This document shows, piece by piece, positions 7,548 to 18,200 of a stretch of 64,000 nucleotides of DNA (positions within the stretch are counted from its first letter, which is position 1; each line of letters opens with the position of its first letter). Origin of the DNA: a virus (Duplodnaviria; Caudoviricetes); IMG/VR virus record IMGVR_UViG_3300024255_001563, positions 96,001-160,000 of that record, one strand, 5' to 3'. The notes under the pieces are model-generated. The model worked only from the letters and a program-made list of their open reading frames with translations. It was not told the DNA's origin and did not search any database. A program made the position numbers and the translations under genes.

Positions 7548-8554
7548 AGTTCGTTGTAAATGTCCATTAGCGTCTTCTTATTGAAGTTGTCTGAGTCGAT
7601 TGCAGCAATTTCACCAGCAACAATTTGATCGACACTTTCAAATTGTTGGATATCTAGTTGTGTACTAATTTCCTCTAGTGATTTCTGAGGAATTAAACTA
7701 ATTTCACGACACTTGTACTGATTAATGAATGTTTCTTTGATGAAACTAGCTTCTTCATAACTAATAGGCAAGTCTAAGTTAACACGTAGATACATATTAG
7801 GTTTGATAAATGAATCTGCTTCATCAATTAACTGACTTAGCTTAACAGTTCGATACTTAGGACAATCGGCCCAGTCAATATAAACTGGCGCCTTGTCGTT
7901 TTCTCTATCAAGAATCATCATACCACGTGCATCATCCCACGCATCAGCATAATTGTGCGGAAATGCATTACCTAAGTAATGTACTACACCTTGTTGCTGA
8001 CGTTTGTGGAAGTGTCCACTAAAAACATAAGACTGATTAGCAAAGTCTTCTGCTCTAAGCTCTCCGTGGTCGGGCATTTGCACCATAGCGTTCATATAGA
8101 AGCTAGGCAGTTCAAAATGCCCAAATACATACTTACTTTTTAGCTTGCGTAGCTTTTTCCACTCGTCGCCTACAAGCCAAGGTACAATAGTTACGTCTTC
8201 AATTGTAGTAATTTCGTCTACAAACGTAATACCTGGGATGTGTTTTGCAAATGCTGTACTGTTAACGTCACGTTTGTCTTTATAATACAAGTCGTGGTTA
8301 CCATCAAAGAAGAAAAACTGCTCAAATGCAGCACCTAGCTTTTCCATACTACGGATTGTTGCATCCATAGTAGTAAGATTAAGGCTATTTCTGTTATGAT
8401 GCCAGTCTCCGCAGAAAATACCAGTCTCGCAACCGGCAGCTTTTGCTTGTTCTATGTACCAATCAATAAAGTCTTCACAGTCTTGATTGTGTACTTTACT
8501 ATTGCCTTTTAGACCAAAGTGGATGTCAGTAAAGACTGCTGCTTTCTTAAACAA
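7544..8554 (-). CDS. gp47: Recombination endonuclease nuclease subunit, Mre11/SbcD-like
   Basis: Metallophosphoesterase motifs TDIHFG, GDWHH, DGNHD, GHFE and SGHFH. Coupled to gp46; TTG start. Confidence 0.95.
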   Translation of the reverse strand: MFKKAAVFTDIHFGLKGNSKVHNQDCEDFIDWYIEQAKAAGCETGIFCGDWHHNRNSLNLTTMDATIRSMEKLGAAFEQFFFFDGNHDLYYKDKRDVNSTAFAKHIPGITFVDEITTIEDVTIVPWLVGDEWKKLRKLKSKYVFGHFELPSFYMNAMVQMPDHGELRAEDFANQSYVFSGHFHKRQQQGVVHYLGNAFPHNYADAWDDARGMMILDRENDKAPVYIDWADCPKYRTVKLSQLIDEADSFIKPNMYLRVNLDLPISYEEASFIKETFINQYKCREISLIPQKSLEEISTQLDIQQFESVDQIVAGEIAAIDSDNFNKKTLMDIYNEL

Positions 8555-8581
8555 ATTTAGATTCCTCTATTATACCGTATC

Positions 8582-8610
8582 ATTATAGCAAGATTATTAA
8601 CAGGTGTCAA
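8582..8610 (-). promoter_or_regulatory. Perfect sigma70-type promoter for the gp47-gp46 operon
   Basis: TTGACA (8610-8605), 17-nt spacer, TATAAT (8587-8582). Confidence 0.85.
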
Positions 8611-8614
8611 CCAT

Positions 8615-9439
8615 TTATTTTTTTCGTTCAGCGTCTCTTTTAACAGAAGCTTCCCATTCGCCGGCATGCTGGCGTGTGTATGAAGGATTTAAGTCATTCA
8701 TTTCTAAAATATCGTCTCTAATGTTCTGATTACGCTTTTCTAAGTTGATAACACGTACAAAACTGTTAGTAACTGCTGCTGTATAATATGCAAATGGATT
8801 ATTTGACTTTGATTCGTCAAACTGCAAACCAATTTGCGAAAGTTGCAGTATTGCTTGCCCTTTCATCTCGTCATTGTAAGTGTATCCACGTACATTGCCT
8901 CTTGTAGCATAACGATCAACAAGCTTCATCCACATTCGAGCAAGTTCATTGGTTGCTCGAGCATGTTTTAAACTAAAATTACCATTTTCCATGCCACCTT
9001 CCCAATGACTTTTACCAACTAAAACTAATTCGCCTTCATCATTAAATTTATAATGGTTAAAAGGAGGAAAATTTAGTTTTACTTTAGTGTCTGCTATAGT
9101 CTTTGGAGTTTTTTTACGTCCAGGCTCTTCCGGAATATGATCAAAAGTCATAATTCGAAAGATTAATTCTTCTTTTGTAATAGTTTTGTAATCAACTTCA
9201 CATTCAGCTTGCTTTACTTTTTCGCCTGCTTGTTTACGACGAGCATATTCTGCATCGCCTAACCTTTTTGCTTTATTTCGTTTAGCTTCTGCAACAGTTC
9301 TGATATTAACTTTTTCAATATCAGGCAAAATAATGTCATACTGATTGTATTCTGGCTCTACAAAACTACAAAATTGTGATTTTGATATGTGTATCTGTTT
9401 TAACAAGTCTTTATTGTTAAGATAGTTTACTTTCCTCAT
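8615..9439 (-). CDS. gp55: Late-transcription sigma factor, T4 gp55-like
   Basis: YTYNDEMKGQAILQLSQIGLQFDESKSNNPFAYYTAAVTNSF...EKRNQ matches the gp55 core. Sits next to gp47/gp46 as in T4-like phages. Confidence 0.85.
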   Translation of the reverse strand: MRKVNYLNNKDLLKQIHISKSQFCSFVEPEYNQYDIILPDIEKVNIRTVAEAKRNKAKRLGDAEYARRKQAGEKVKQAECEVDYKTITKEELIFRIMTFDHIPEEPGRKKTPKTIADTKVKLNFPPFNHYKFNDEGELVLVGKSHWEGGMENGNFSLKHARATNELARMWMKLVDRYATRGNVRGYTYNDEMKGQAILQLSQIGLQFDESKSNNPFAYYTAAVTNSFVRVINLEKRNQNIRDDILEMNDLNPSYTRQHAGEWEASVKRDAERKK

Positions 9440-9463
9440 AGGTTCTCCTAAAATGTTAATACT

Positions 9464-9492
9464 ATTATAATATACTTACTTAATTATGTCAA
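9464..9492 (-). promoter_or_regulatory. Perfect sigma70-type promoter for the late sigma gene
   Basis: TTGACA (9492-9487), 17-nt spacer, TATAAT (9469-9464). Confidence 0.85.
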
Positions 9493-9499
9493 CTAAATA
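9492..9499 (+). promoter_or_regulatory. Late promoter variant (ACTAAATA) for the baseplate operon
   Basis: TAAATA core upstream of the GGAG RBS and ATG 9518. Confidence 0.55.
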
Positions 9500-9517
9500 A
9501 TAGTATAGGAGAATAGC

Positions 9518-10291
9518 ATGGCAAACAATCCCTCGTCGAGTAGAGAAAATTTAACAGGAAGCGAAGTACCACTTGGAGCTGCAAGTGTATCATCTAGCGA
9601 TGTTGTTACAGATCCTGGCGCTAGGCGCAGAGGCAATTTACCTCCAGGAGCAGTTCCAACAAACGATTTAAATTTTGTTGAAGCTGATTGGGGATCAAAA
9701 ACTGACCTTGATTGGAGAGTTAAACTGTCGCTGCCTGCTAATTTTCAAAACAGTGATATATTACAACCTTTGCTTGAAACTAATGGGTTTATGTTTCCTT
9801 ATACTCCACAAATAACTATGGAACACACTGCTAACTATAATGCTCTTCATCCTACACATAGTAATTATTCATTTCCTGCTTATCAGAACAGTCAAGTGAA
9901 CTCGTTAACTATTGTTGGCGAATTTGTAGTAGAAAATGCAACAGATGCAAGATATTGGATTGCTGCAACTCATTATCTACGTAGTGTAACAAAGATGGCA
10001 TATGGAAGCACAAGTAATCAAGGTTCACCGCCTCCTGTTGTTAAATTAAATGGCTACGGTGATTATGTATTTAAAGATGTACCTGTAACTGTAACTTATT
10101 TTACAGTTGACTTGCCTAGTGATGTTGATTATATACAAACAGATGTAGGCGAAAGCGGAACTTGGGTGCCTGTAAGAAGTCAAATAAACGTTCAGGTACA
10201 GCCAACATACAGCAGAAAGGCGATAACTAAGTTTAGTCTAGATACTTTTATTAATGGTGGTTATATTTCAAACGGAAAAGGATTTATTTAA
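9518..10291 (+). CDS. Baseplate tail-tube initiator/cap-like protein (gp48/gp54-like, contractile injection system tube family)
   Basis: FMFPYTPQI...GSPPPVVKLNGYGDYVFKDVPVTVTYFTVDLP pattern; first gene of the baseplate operon. Confidence 0.6.
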   Translation: MANNPSSSRENLTGSEVPLGAASVSSSDVVTDPGARRRGNLPPGAVPTNDLNFVEADWGSKTDLDWRVKLSLPANFQNSDILQPLLETNGFMFPYTPQITMEHTANYNALHPTHSNYSFPAYQNSQVNSLTIVGEFVVENATDARYWIAATHYLRSVTKMAYGSTSNQGSPPPVVKLNGYGDYVFKDVPVTVTYFTVDLPSDVDYIQTDVGESGTWVPVRSQINVQVQPTYSRKAITKFSLDTFINGGYISNGKGFI

Positions 10292-10596
10292 TGGAAGTTA
10301 GATACGAAAATAATAGTCCTTGGTCTAATACAGAAATTCAAAATAACGATTATTTGGATGTATTAACAATACGTCCTGTGCCAGCAAGTCCGGACGACAT
10401 ATTGTATACTGTTCAGCCACAGTATGCATTTAGACCCGACTTGTTAGCTTATGATCTTTACGGTACAAAAAATTTATGGTGGGTATTTGCACAACGTAAT
10501 ATGGATTTAATTAAAGATCCAGTATATGATTTAAAACCCGGAGTTAGAATTTATTTGCCCAAAGGCGACGAATTGGCAAGGCAACTAGGAGTATAA
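10291..10596 (+). CDS. gp53: Baseplate wedge protein, gp53-like (LysM-like fold)
   Basis: RPDLLAYDLYG...LWWVFAQRN...DP...GVRIYLP. Confidence 0.8.
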   Translation: MEVRYENNSPWSNTEIQNNDYLDVLTIRPVPASPDDILYTVQPQYAFRPDLLAYDLYGTKNLWWVFAQRNMDLIKDPVYDLKPGVRIYLPKGDELARQLGV

Positions 10597-12954
10597 ATGG
10601 CATACGTACCAGAAAATTCTGGAAATATTGTAATTGGCGATCCTGGAGTGGGGTCAGTAGGGTCTAAACGAACTGCTACAGTCAACGATAGCAGTAATAA
10701 TGTTTCGCGAGCGATCAATTTTTTACAAAATCCTAGTTTAGCAGGCGCTGCTGCTTTATACGGCGAAGATGTCTTTCCGTTTAGAAACGAATTAAATCAA
10801 TTTGCTAGTTATGCACCCATTTTTACTCTTGGATGTTTGACAAACATGGAATTTAACTTTCCTTTAAGCTATAGAACTCTTGGTCCGTTGGTTAAAATTA
10901 TTCGTAGTGGCGGTGGTGGTGGACCAACTATTCCGTCTTTGTACGACTTAGATGGCAAGCGTGAATTTTTTATTGAAGATGTGTCAATAAAAAATACAGT
11001 AGCACCAGTTAACAGTGTTAGACATAGCAATGCTACTAATATTAATTTTAAAGTTATAGAACCTTACTCAATGGGGCAGTTTTATCATAATTTAAGAAGT
11101 GCAGCATTAGTAACAGGACATTCTAACTATCTAGACGCTCCGTTTTTAATAAGTGTAGCATTTATTGGGTATGATGACGAAGGTAATGTTAAATCACCTT
11201 TCTTCAGTCAACGACATTTTCCAATACAAATTGTTGAAGCAGACATGTCAGTTTCTGAATCAGGAGCAGTTTATGATATTAAAGCAGTTCCTTATACTGA
11301 ACGAGCAGTAACTAATAGAACGCAACGTCTTAAAACTGATGTTCAAATTACAGGCAGGACTGTTGCTGAAATGTTACAAGTAGGTCCAAATAGTCTTACT
11401 ACACAAATAAACAAGGTAGGCGAAGAACAACGCGAAGCAGGCAACGATACAAGCGATCGATACATAATTCAATTTCCAAATACTGGAATTTTAGGCGGAG
11501 CAGTTAGCGGAGCTGTTAATGCAGTAAGCGGAGCTTTAACTTCGCAGTTGGGAGCAATTGGATCTTCACTTAATGGATGGTATCAGGGATTAGTTGGTAA
11601 CACAGGAGAGAATGCTTCAATTGCAACGCCTAATGTTATAGGCGAAACAACATCTATAATATCCTTAGGGTCGCTATTTGGTGACAAATTAAAAGCAGAA
11701 GCTGAGTTTGATATAAACGAAATTGGAAGATCATCAATCGTTAGACAAGGAACTTCTGAAAACGCTGGTCAAACAACTCAGCAGATTCCTTCTCTAGCTG
11801 AAAATCAAGCTAGTCCGGGGACTATTGATAGAACTAGGATAGCCTGGGACGAAAATACAGCAGTAATGTCTTTAAAAGTAAATGATAGAATAGAAGACAT
11901 TATTGAAGAAGTGATAATATCATCAGAATATGGCCGAAGTTTTAGTAGGGCAAATGCAGACATGGCCGGACGTATTAAATGGTTTAGGATAGAAACACAA
12001 ACATATAATACTGGAAGTTTATTAGGCGGTATATTTAATGGAACAAACCCTAAAGTTTATGTTTATAGAGTTAGAGTGTTTCGATATGACGGTTCAACAG
12101 TTGCAGCCCCTGGAATTAGTAGTTTTTCTAAAAGTCTTATAAAACAACTTATGACAGCTAAAGCATACAGCTACATTTATACAGGTGCTAACGACGATAT
12201 TATAGACTTAGATTTAAAATTTAATCATACATTTTACACAGGTGTTAATGCATCTCGAAACCAAAAAACCTTAATTCAGCAGTTAGGCGGAGCGTTAGGG
12301 TTTGGACCTAAAGGTAGAGATCCGGTAACAGTAGCCGGTCGAGGAACAGTACCTTCTCAAGCAACAAGTCAGCTTAGAGACGATGCAACTGATACTGAAA
12401 TAGGTAATGGACCTAGCGGTAGAACAGGTTCTGACGATGCCGAAACAGGAACTGCTAGATATTTTAATCAACTGGTTATAAATTCAGCAGAAGACCTAGT
12501 AAAAGTTGATCTAACAATACACGGCGATCCGTATTTTATAATGGATATTGGTATTGGTAATTATCTAGGATTAGTATCGTCTCCTTTGTTGCCTGTAACA
12601 CTTGACGGAAGTTGTAATCCGATGGACGGCGAAGTCTATGTTATTTTAAATTTTAGAACTCCGATAGATTACGATCCTAGCGGATATGTAGAATATCCAT
12701 TAGGCGGCTTTTTGCCGTTGTCAATGTTTAGTGGGCTGTATTCTGTAATACTAGTTGAAAGTACTTTTGAAAAAGGTAAATTTGTACAAAAATTAACACT
12801 TACTCGAAAACGCAATCAAGACCTGTCTATAGAAGCACTTGCAGGAAAAGTAATTTCCTTCTTAACAGGCGGTAACGGAACAGTGCAAAGTACTAATGGC
12901 TCACCGACTCAACAAGTCGGTGATAATACTGGACCAGATGAGGATCTTACATAA
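10597..12954 (+). CDS. Baseplate hub protein, gp27-like
   Basis: 785 aa between the gp53-like and gp5-like genes. C-terminal LTIHGDPYF and FSGLYSVILVESTFEKGKFVQKLTL are typical of hub/VgrG-N domains. Confidence 0.65.
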   Translation: MAYVPENSGNIVIGDPGVGSVGSKRTATVNDSSNNVSRAINFLQNPSLAGAAALYGEDVFPFRNELNQFASYAPIFTLGCLTNMEFNFPLSYRTLGPLVKIIRSGGGGGPTIPSLYDLDGKREFFIEDVSIKNTVAPVNSVRHSNATNINFKVIEPYSMGQFYHNLRSAALVTGHSNYLDAPFLISVAFIGYDDEGNVKSPFFSQRHFPIQIVEADMSVSESGAVYDIKAVPYTERAVTNRTQRLKTDVQITGRTVAEMLQVGPNSLTTQINKVGEEQREAGNDTSDRYIIQFPNTGILGGAVSGAVNAVSGALTSQLGAIGSSLNGWYQGLVGNTGENASIATPNVIGETTSIISLGSLFGDKLKAEAEFDINEIGRSSIVRQGTSENAGQTTQQIPSLAENQASPGTIDRTRIAWDENTAVMSLKVNDRIEDIIEEVIISSEYGRSFSRANADMAGRIKWFRIETQTYNTGSLLGGIFNGTNPKVYVYRVRVFRYDGSTVAAPGISSFSKSLIKQLMTAKAYSYIYTGANDDIIDLDLKFNHTFYTGVNASRNQKTLIQQLGGALGFGPKGRDPVTVAGRGTVPSQATSQLRDDATDTEIGNGPSGRTGSDDAETGTARYFNQLVINSAEDLVKVDLTIHGDPYFIMDIGIGNYLGLVSSPLLPVTLDGSCNPMDGEVYVILNFRTPIDYDPSGYVEYPLGGFLPLSMFSGLYSVILVESTFEKGKFVQKLTLTRKRNQDLSIEALAGKVISFLTGGNGTVQSTNGSPTQQVGDNTGPDEDLT

Positions 12955-12957
12955 ATT

Positions 12958-14709
12958 ATGGCACTTGAAAGAAGAGATAATAGCGACAGAGCGTCAAATA
13001 ACACAGGTGTATTTTTAGGTAAAGTAGTAAGTCACCTTGATACAACTTACATGGGCGGCGTACAAGTAGAAATATTAAAAAACAACGAAAGTGGTAGCAT
13101 TACAGGACAAACTGTAAACTGTAAGTATGCTAGTCCGTTTTACGGACAAAGTCCGTATTCTGGGTTAGGAAGAGGTACTGATTATGCAAGTACGCAGAAA
13201 AGTTACGGGTTTTGGGCTGTACCGCCTGATATAGGAACACAAGTAATTGTAGTAATGCCAGAAGGTAACTATTCTAGTGCTTATTGGATAGGATGTGTAC
13301 CTGATACAGGTATGAATTTTATGACTCCGGGCAATGCAGGAACAACATTTAATAATGCTGATCAGTCAGCTGCATTACCAGTTGGTGAATTCAACAAATT
13401 AACAACACAACTCAATGGTAGCGATCCAACAAAGGCAACTAAGCCGGCAATAGATAGTGACCGCTTTACACGTTACAACGAGACTGGATTAATAAAAGAT
13501 CATATTAGAGGATCTAATACTTCTAGTGCTAGGCGAGAAGTTCCAAGTAAAGTATTTGGCATAAGTACTCCGGGACCTGAAGACATACAGGGCCCTAAGC
13601 ATCAATACGGTCCTACACCTGCTACTTCGATACAACGACCATATAACAGATTAGGCGGCTCTAGTTTTGTAATGGACGACGGCGACATGACACTGTTTAG
13701 AAAAAAGCCAGCAGCTGATGGTCCGCTAGAATATGCCAATGCCGAAAAAGGTGATCAAAGTGGTGACCCAACATTGCCAGCAAATGATCTGATTAGATTA
13801 CAAACTAGAACTGGTCATCAAATTTTAATGCACAACACGGAAGATTTAATTTATATTTCTCATGGCAGCGGAAACAGTTGGATAGAAATGACTGCTAATG
13901 GCAAAATTGAAATATATTCTAAAGATAGCATAAGTGTTAATACCGAAAATGATATAAATTTTAATGCAGGAAGAGACATAAATTTTGCTGCTAAAGAAGA
14001 CATTAATTTTGTTGCAGATAAAAATATCAAAATGCATTCATTGGAAACTACAACGCATCATGCGTTAAATTATAAAATGCATGTAGAAGAAAATTCAGAC
14101 ATTAGAATTGACAAAGAGTCATTTACCTATGTTGAACAAGACAAACATTTAGTTGTCAAAGGCAACAAATTAGTATTTGTAGAAGGCAGTGCAGAAACCG
14201 AAGTAAGTTCAGATGTAAAAATGACCCAACGGAACTTTGATATTAAGACTCAACAAGATATTAATTTTTCAGCAGACGCAGGATCTATTAGTCTTACTGC
14301 ACAGCAGAATATTGCAGGAACTGCAACTGCAACTGTAGGTTTTGAAGGGCAAAATGTAGGACTATCTGGTAGGTCAACTGCTGCAATAAGTGCGGGCTTT
14401 ATAGGGTTAAATGGTACAGTACATGCACCTGACCCTGTACCAGGAAATACAACAGTCTCGATGCCCGCCGTCGAAGGAGCAAGAGCGGTAGTAACTTCCG
14501 CTGACGAAGCAGCCGAGTTTGAAGGTGAAGAATTTGCATGTTACCCAAAACGCATTCCGCAGCACGAACCTTGGAAAGAACACGAAAATTTAGACCCAGG
14601 ATCTTATGTTCCAGATGAAACTCGGTCTACAGAAAATGAAAGACCAGAACCGGATGATTCTCCGTTTGAATTTCCGCCACAGGATGATACATTTGCAAAG
14701 GGGCAATAA
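12958..14709 (+). CDS. gp5: Central spike protein, gp5/VgrG-like
   Basis: N-terminal OB-fold (GFWAVPPDIGTQVIV...YWIGCV), LQTRTGHQILMHN...SWIEMTANGKIEIYS, then beta-helix repeats (DINFNAGRDINFAAKEDINFVADKNI). Confidence 0.85.
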   Translation: MALERRDNSDRASNNTGVFLGKVVSHLDTTYMGGVQVEILKNNESGSITGQTVNCKYASPFYGQSPYSGLGRGTDYASTQKSYGFWAVPPDIGTQVIVVMPEGNYSSAYWIGCVPDTGMNFMTPGNAGTTFNNADQSAALPVGEFNKLTTQLNGSDPTKATKPAIDSDRFTRYNETGLIKDHIRGSNTSSARREVPSKVFGISTPGPEDIQGPKHQYGPTPATSIQRPYNRLGGSSFVMDDGDMTLFRKKPAADGPLEYANAEKGDQSGDPTLPANDLIRLQTRTGHQILMHNTEDLIYISHGSGNSWIEMTANGKIEIYSKDSISVNTENDINFNAGRDINFAAKEDINFVADKNIKMHSLETTTHHALNYKMHVEENSDIRIDKESFTYVEQDKHLVVKGNKLVFVEGSAETEVSSDVKMTQRNFDIKTQQDINFSADAGSISLTAQQNIAGTATATVGFEGQNVGLSGRSTAAISAGFIGLNGTVHAPDPVPGNTTVSMPAVEGARAVVTSADEAAEFEGEEFACYPKRIPQHEPWKEHENLDPGSYVPDETRSTENERPEPDDSPFEFPPQDDTFAKGQ

Positions 14710-15162
14710 ATGAGTACAATAGAAAAAAAGTTATATAAACAAGTTAGCGTAAAGAGTAATACTAATAAAGATTTAGAGTATGTAAAGGCACCTACATACA
14801 AAGGATTTAGTACTATTAGCACTTATGGCGACAGTAATGTTTTGTATGATATTTCCCTTATTAAACAGGATATTATTAATCACTTCCACATACGAAAGGG
14901 TGAAAAGTTATCAGATCCAAGTTTTGGCACCATTATTTGGGATATATTGTTTGAACCTCTAACTGATCAGATAAAAAATAAAATAATACAAGATGTTTCG
15001 GAGATTGTTAATTATGATCAGCGTGTAAGTGTAAACCAGATTATTGTTGATAGTTACGAAAACGGTATTTCTATATCTTGCGAACTAGTGTATCTACCTT
15101 ATTCTATAGTTGAAAAATTACAGTTACAATTCGACGAAGATGCCGGATTTTTTACAGCATAA
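14710..15162 (+). CDS. gp25: Baseplate wedge / sheath initiator, gp25-like
   Basis: LIKQDIINHFHIRKGEKLSDPSFGTIIWDILFEP. Confidence 0.9.
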   Translation: MSTIEKKLYKQVSVKSNTNKDLEYVKAPTYKGFSTISTYGDSNVLYDISLIKQDIINHFHIRKGEKLSDPSFGTIIWDILFEPLTDQIKNKIIQDVSEIVNYDQRVSVNQIIVDSYENGISISCELVYLPYSIVEKLQLQFDEDAGFFTA

Positions 15163-15186
15163 TTATATACGCAGTTATCTTAAATT

Positions 15187-15194
15187 GCTAAATA
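15187..15194 (+). promoter_or_regulatory. Late promoter variant (GCTAAATA) inside a hairpin upstream of gp6
   Basis: TAAATA core 24 nt before ATG 15218, flanked by the inverted repeat TTATCTTA/TAAGATAA. Confidence 0.55.
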
Positions 15195-15217
15195 TTACAA
15201 TAAGATAAGGAATACAA

Positions 15218-18200
15218 ATGTCCTCAAGCGATAGACAAAATAGATTACTACTTTCTGAAGACTGGAAACGTGTTTACCAAAGTTTTAGAAATGCAGATTT
15301 TAAAAGCTACGATTTTGATAATCTTCGTAGAACAATGGTTCAGTATTTACGGGAAAATTATCCTGAAGATTTTAACGATTATACAGAAAGTTCCGAATAC
15401 CTTGCACTTATTGACCTTATCGCCTACCTAGGACAAAATATTGCATTCCGTATAGATCTTAATGCAAGAGAAAACTATTTAGAACTTGCAGAACGTAGAG
15501 AAAGTGTACTGCGTCTAGCACGTTTGTTGTCTTACAATCCTAAGCGTAATCAAGCAGCAAACGGTCTTTTAAAATTACAAAGCGTTAGAACATCTGAAGA
15601 AGTTTATGATAGTAATAATATAAATTTACAAGGACAAACTATTGTTTGGAATGACCCGTCTAATTCAGAGTGGTATGAACAGTTTATTAAAATTTTAAAT
15701 TTATCACTTCCTGTAAACAATACTTTTGGGCGCTCTAATAAAAACGAAATTATTAATGGTATAACTACTGAGCAGTACCGATTTAACAGTGTAAATAACG
15801 ATGTCCCGATATTTTCTTTTAATAAAGTAATTGATGGAAGAAGTTTGCAGTTCGAAATAACATCAACAGATATAAGTGCTGATGCTGTTTTAGAAGAAGC
15901 ACCGTTTCCAGGAAATAAATTTGCATTTATTTTTAAGGATGATGGCAAAGGAATTACAAGTCCAAATACAGGATTTTTCTCGCACTTTAGACAAGGCACA
16001 TTAGACCAGGGAGTATTTACTGTAAACAGTCCTAGTACTAATCAGGCAATATCAGTTGAAGCGTTAGATATTAATGACTCTGATGTATGGCTTTATGGTT
16101 TAGATAGTTTAGGCAATGAAAGTGAACTTTGGACTAAAGTTGAAGCATTGCAAGGCAACAATATTATTTACAATAGTTTGTCTAAAAAAGAAAGAAATAT
16201 TTACAGTGTTCTTACTCGTGTAGATGACAGAATAAGTTTAATGTTTAGTGATGGTATTTTTGGAAACTTACCAAAGGGTTCATTTAGAGTATATTACAGA
16301 ACAAGCCAAAATGACAGAACAATTGTAACTCCCAGAGATCTTAGCAATGTTTCTATTAGTATCTCGTATATCTCAAGAAGTGGAAAAACAGAAACATTAA
16401 GATTAATATACAATCTTCAGTATACTGTTGATAACAGTGCAGAAAGCGAATCTACAGACAGTATACGATTCAATGCACCGTCAACATATTATACACAAAA
16501 TAGAATGGTAACGGGTGAAGACTATCAACTTGCTCCACTAGGAATTAGTCAAAATATTGTAAAATCAAAATCAGTAAACAGAACATCAAGTGGCATTAGT
16601 CGATATTTTGATTTAATTGATGCTACTGGAAAATACAGTAAAACTACACTATATGGCAACGACGGAGTCTTGTATAAAGAATATAGTGATTTGTTAGTAA
16701 ATTTTGCATTTCAAACTAAGACAGACGTTGAGGGAGTTATATTAAATTCTATTTTACCAGTATTGTCTAATAAAAAAGTTAGGAATTATTACTTTGACAA
16801 GTTTCCAAGAATTTTAACAGGAGACTTAGAAATTACTTGGAATCAAGAAACAACTGAAACTAATTTAAGTACAGGATATTTTAAAAATAAAGAAGGTGCT
16901 GCACTAAAATTAGGTAGCTTTACATCTTCAATCCTTTCACTACTAAAACAAGGCACACTTATTAAATTTATTGCACCAACAGGCTCGCACTTTAATAAAG
17001 ATTTAGACATTGTTTCGGGTAATCCTTCAATTATAGGAGATACAACATATAAATGGGTTAAATTAATTTCAGTTAACGGAACAGGATTTGAAATTAGAGA
17101 TGATAATACCGGTGCTGTTTACTTAAATGACGAAATTCCAACAGGTGCAATTTTATCAGAAATTAAACCGGCATTGCCAAATAACTTAATTGCAAGCGTA
17201 AAACAACAAGTTATTGATCAGATCTTTGCCTACAAAACGTTTGGTCTACGATTTGATCAAACAGCTAGTGAATGGAGAATTGTTACAGAAAACAACCTAT
17301 CCATTGGCTCAGAGTTTTCGACTGGTAAATCAGGAGACACTACAAATCAACAACTTGATGCTAGTTGGATCTTACTTTTTGAAACAGATGGAGAACGTTA
17401 TAGTGTGACCTATAGAGGCATGCGTTACGTTTTTGAAAGCGACAAGGAAATTAAATTTTATTATGATCCGACAGAAAAAATTTATGATAGTAATTCAGGT
17501 AAAATTATTAAAGATCTAATATCAGTTTTAAGTGTAAACTATCAGCCGGACAGTACGAGTGCGTTTACTAAAGATTATAACTGGGAAATTGTTGACATAT
17601 ACCGTGATGTTGAAGGGTATGTTGATAGCAAAAAAATTGAAATAAGTTTTTTTGATGCAGACGAAGACGGAATTGTTGATGACGCAGACTTGTTTGAAGA
17701 AATTGCTTCACCATCAGTAAACACATTAAACAAATATGTTATTTTTAAAAGAATAAAATCTACTGACGGCGTTGAAGATTTCAATTATCTTGACAATGCT
17801 AATAAAGAAGTTATTATTTTAAGTTCTAAATCAGAAGTACGTCCATTTAGTGAATATAGTAACGGCCAAGTATTTTATTATATAGATAATGACATTTTTG
17901 AAGTATTAGATCAGTCGATTTTAAAATTAAATATTAGTGCAGATTACAAAGCTAGACTAGGTAGAACTGATCTTAAATTTAGATATGTTCATTCTGCAAG
18001 TGCAAATGAAAGAATTGATCCTAGCGCAAGTAATATCATTGATATGTATTTGCTAGAAAGAAATTATGATACATCTTATAGAAATTGGCTATTGAATAAA
18101 TCAACAACAAAGCCATTGCCGCCGAGTAGCGATCAGATGCATATTTCTTATGCACCAAGTTTAAACCAAATTAAGTCACTTACAGACGAAATTATATATC

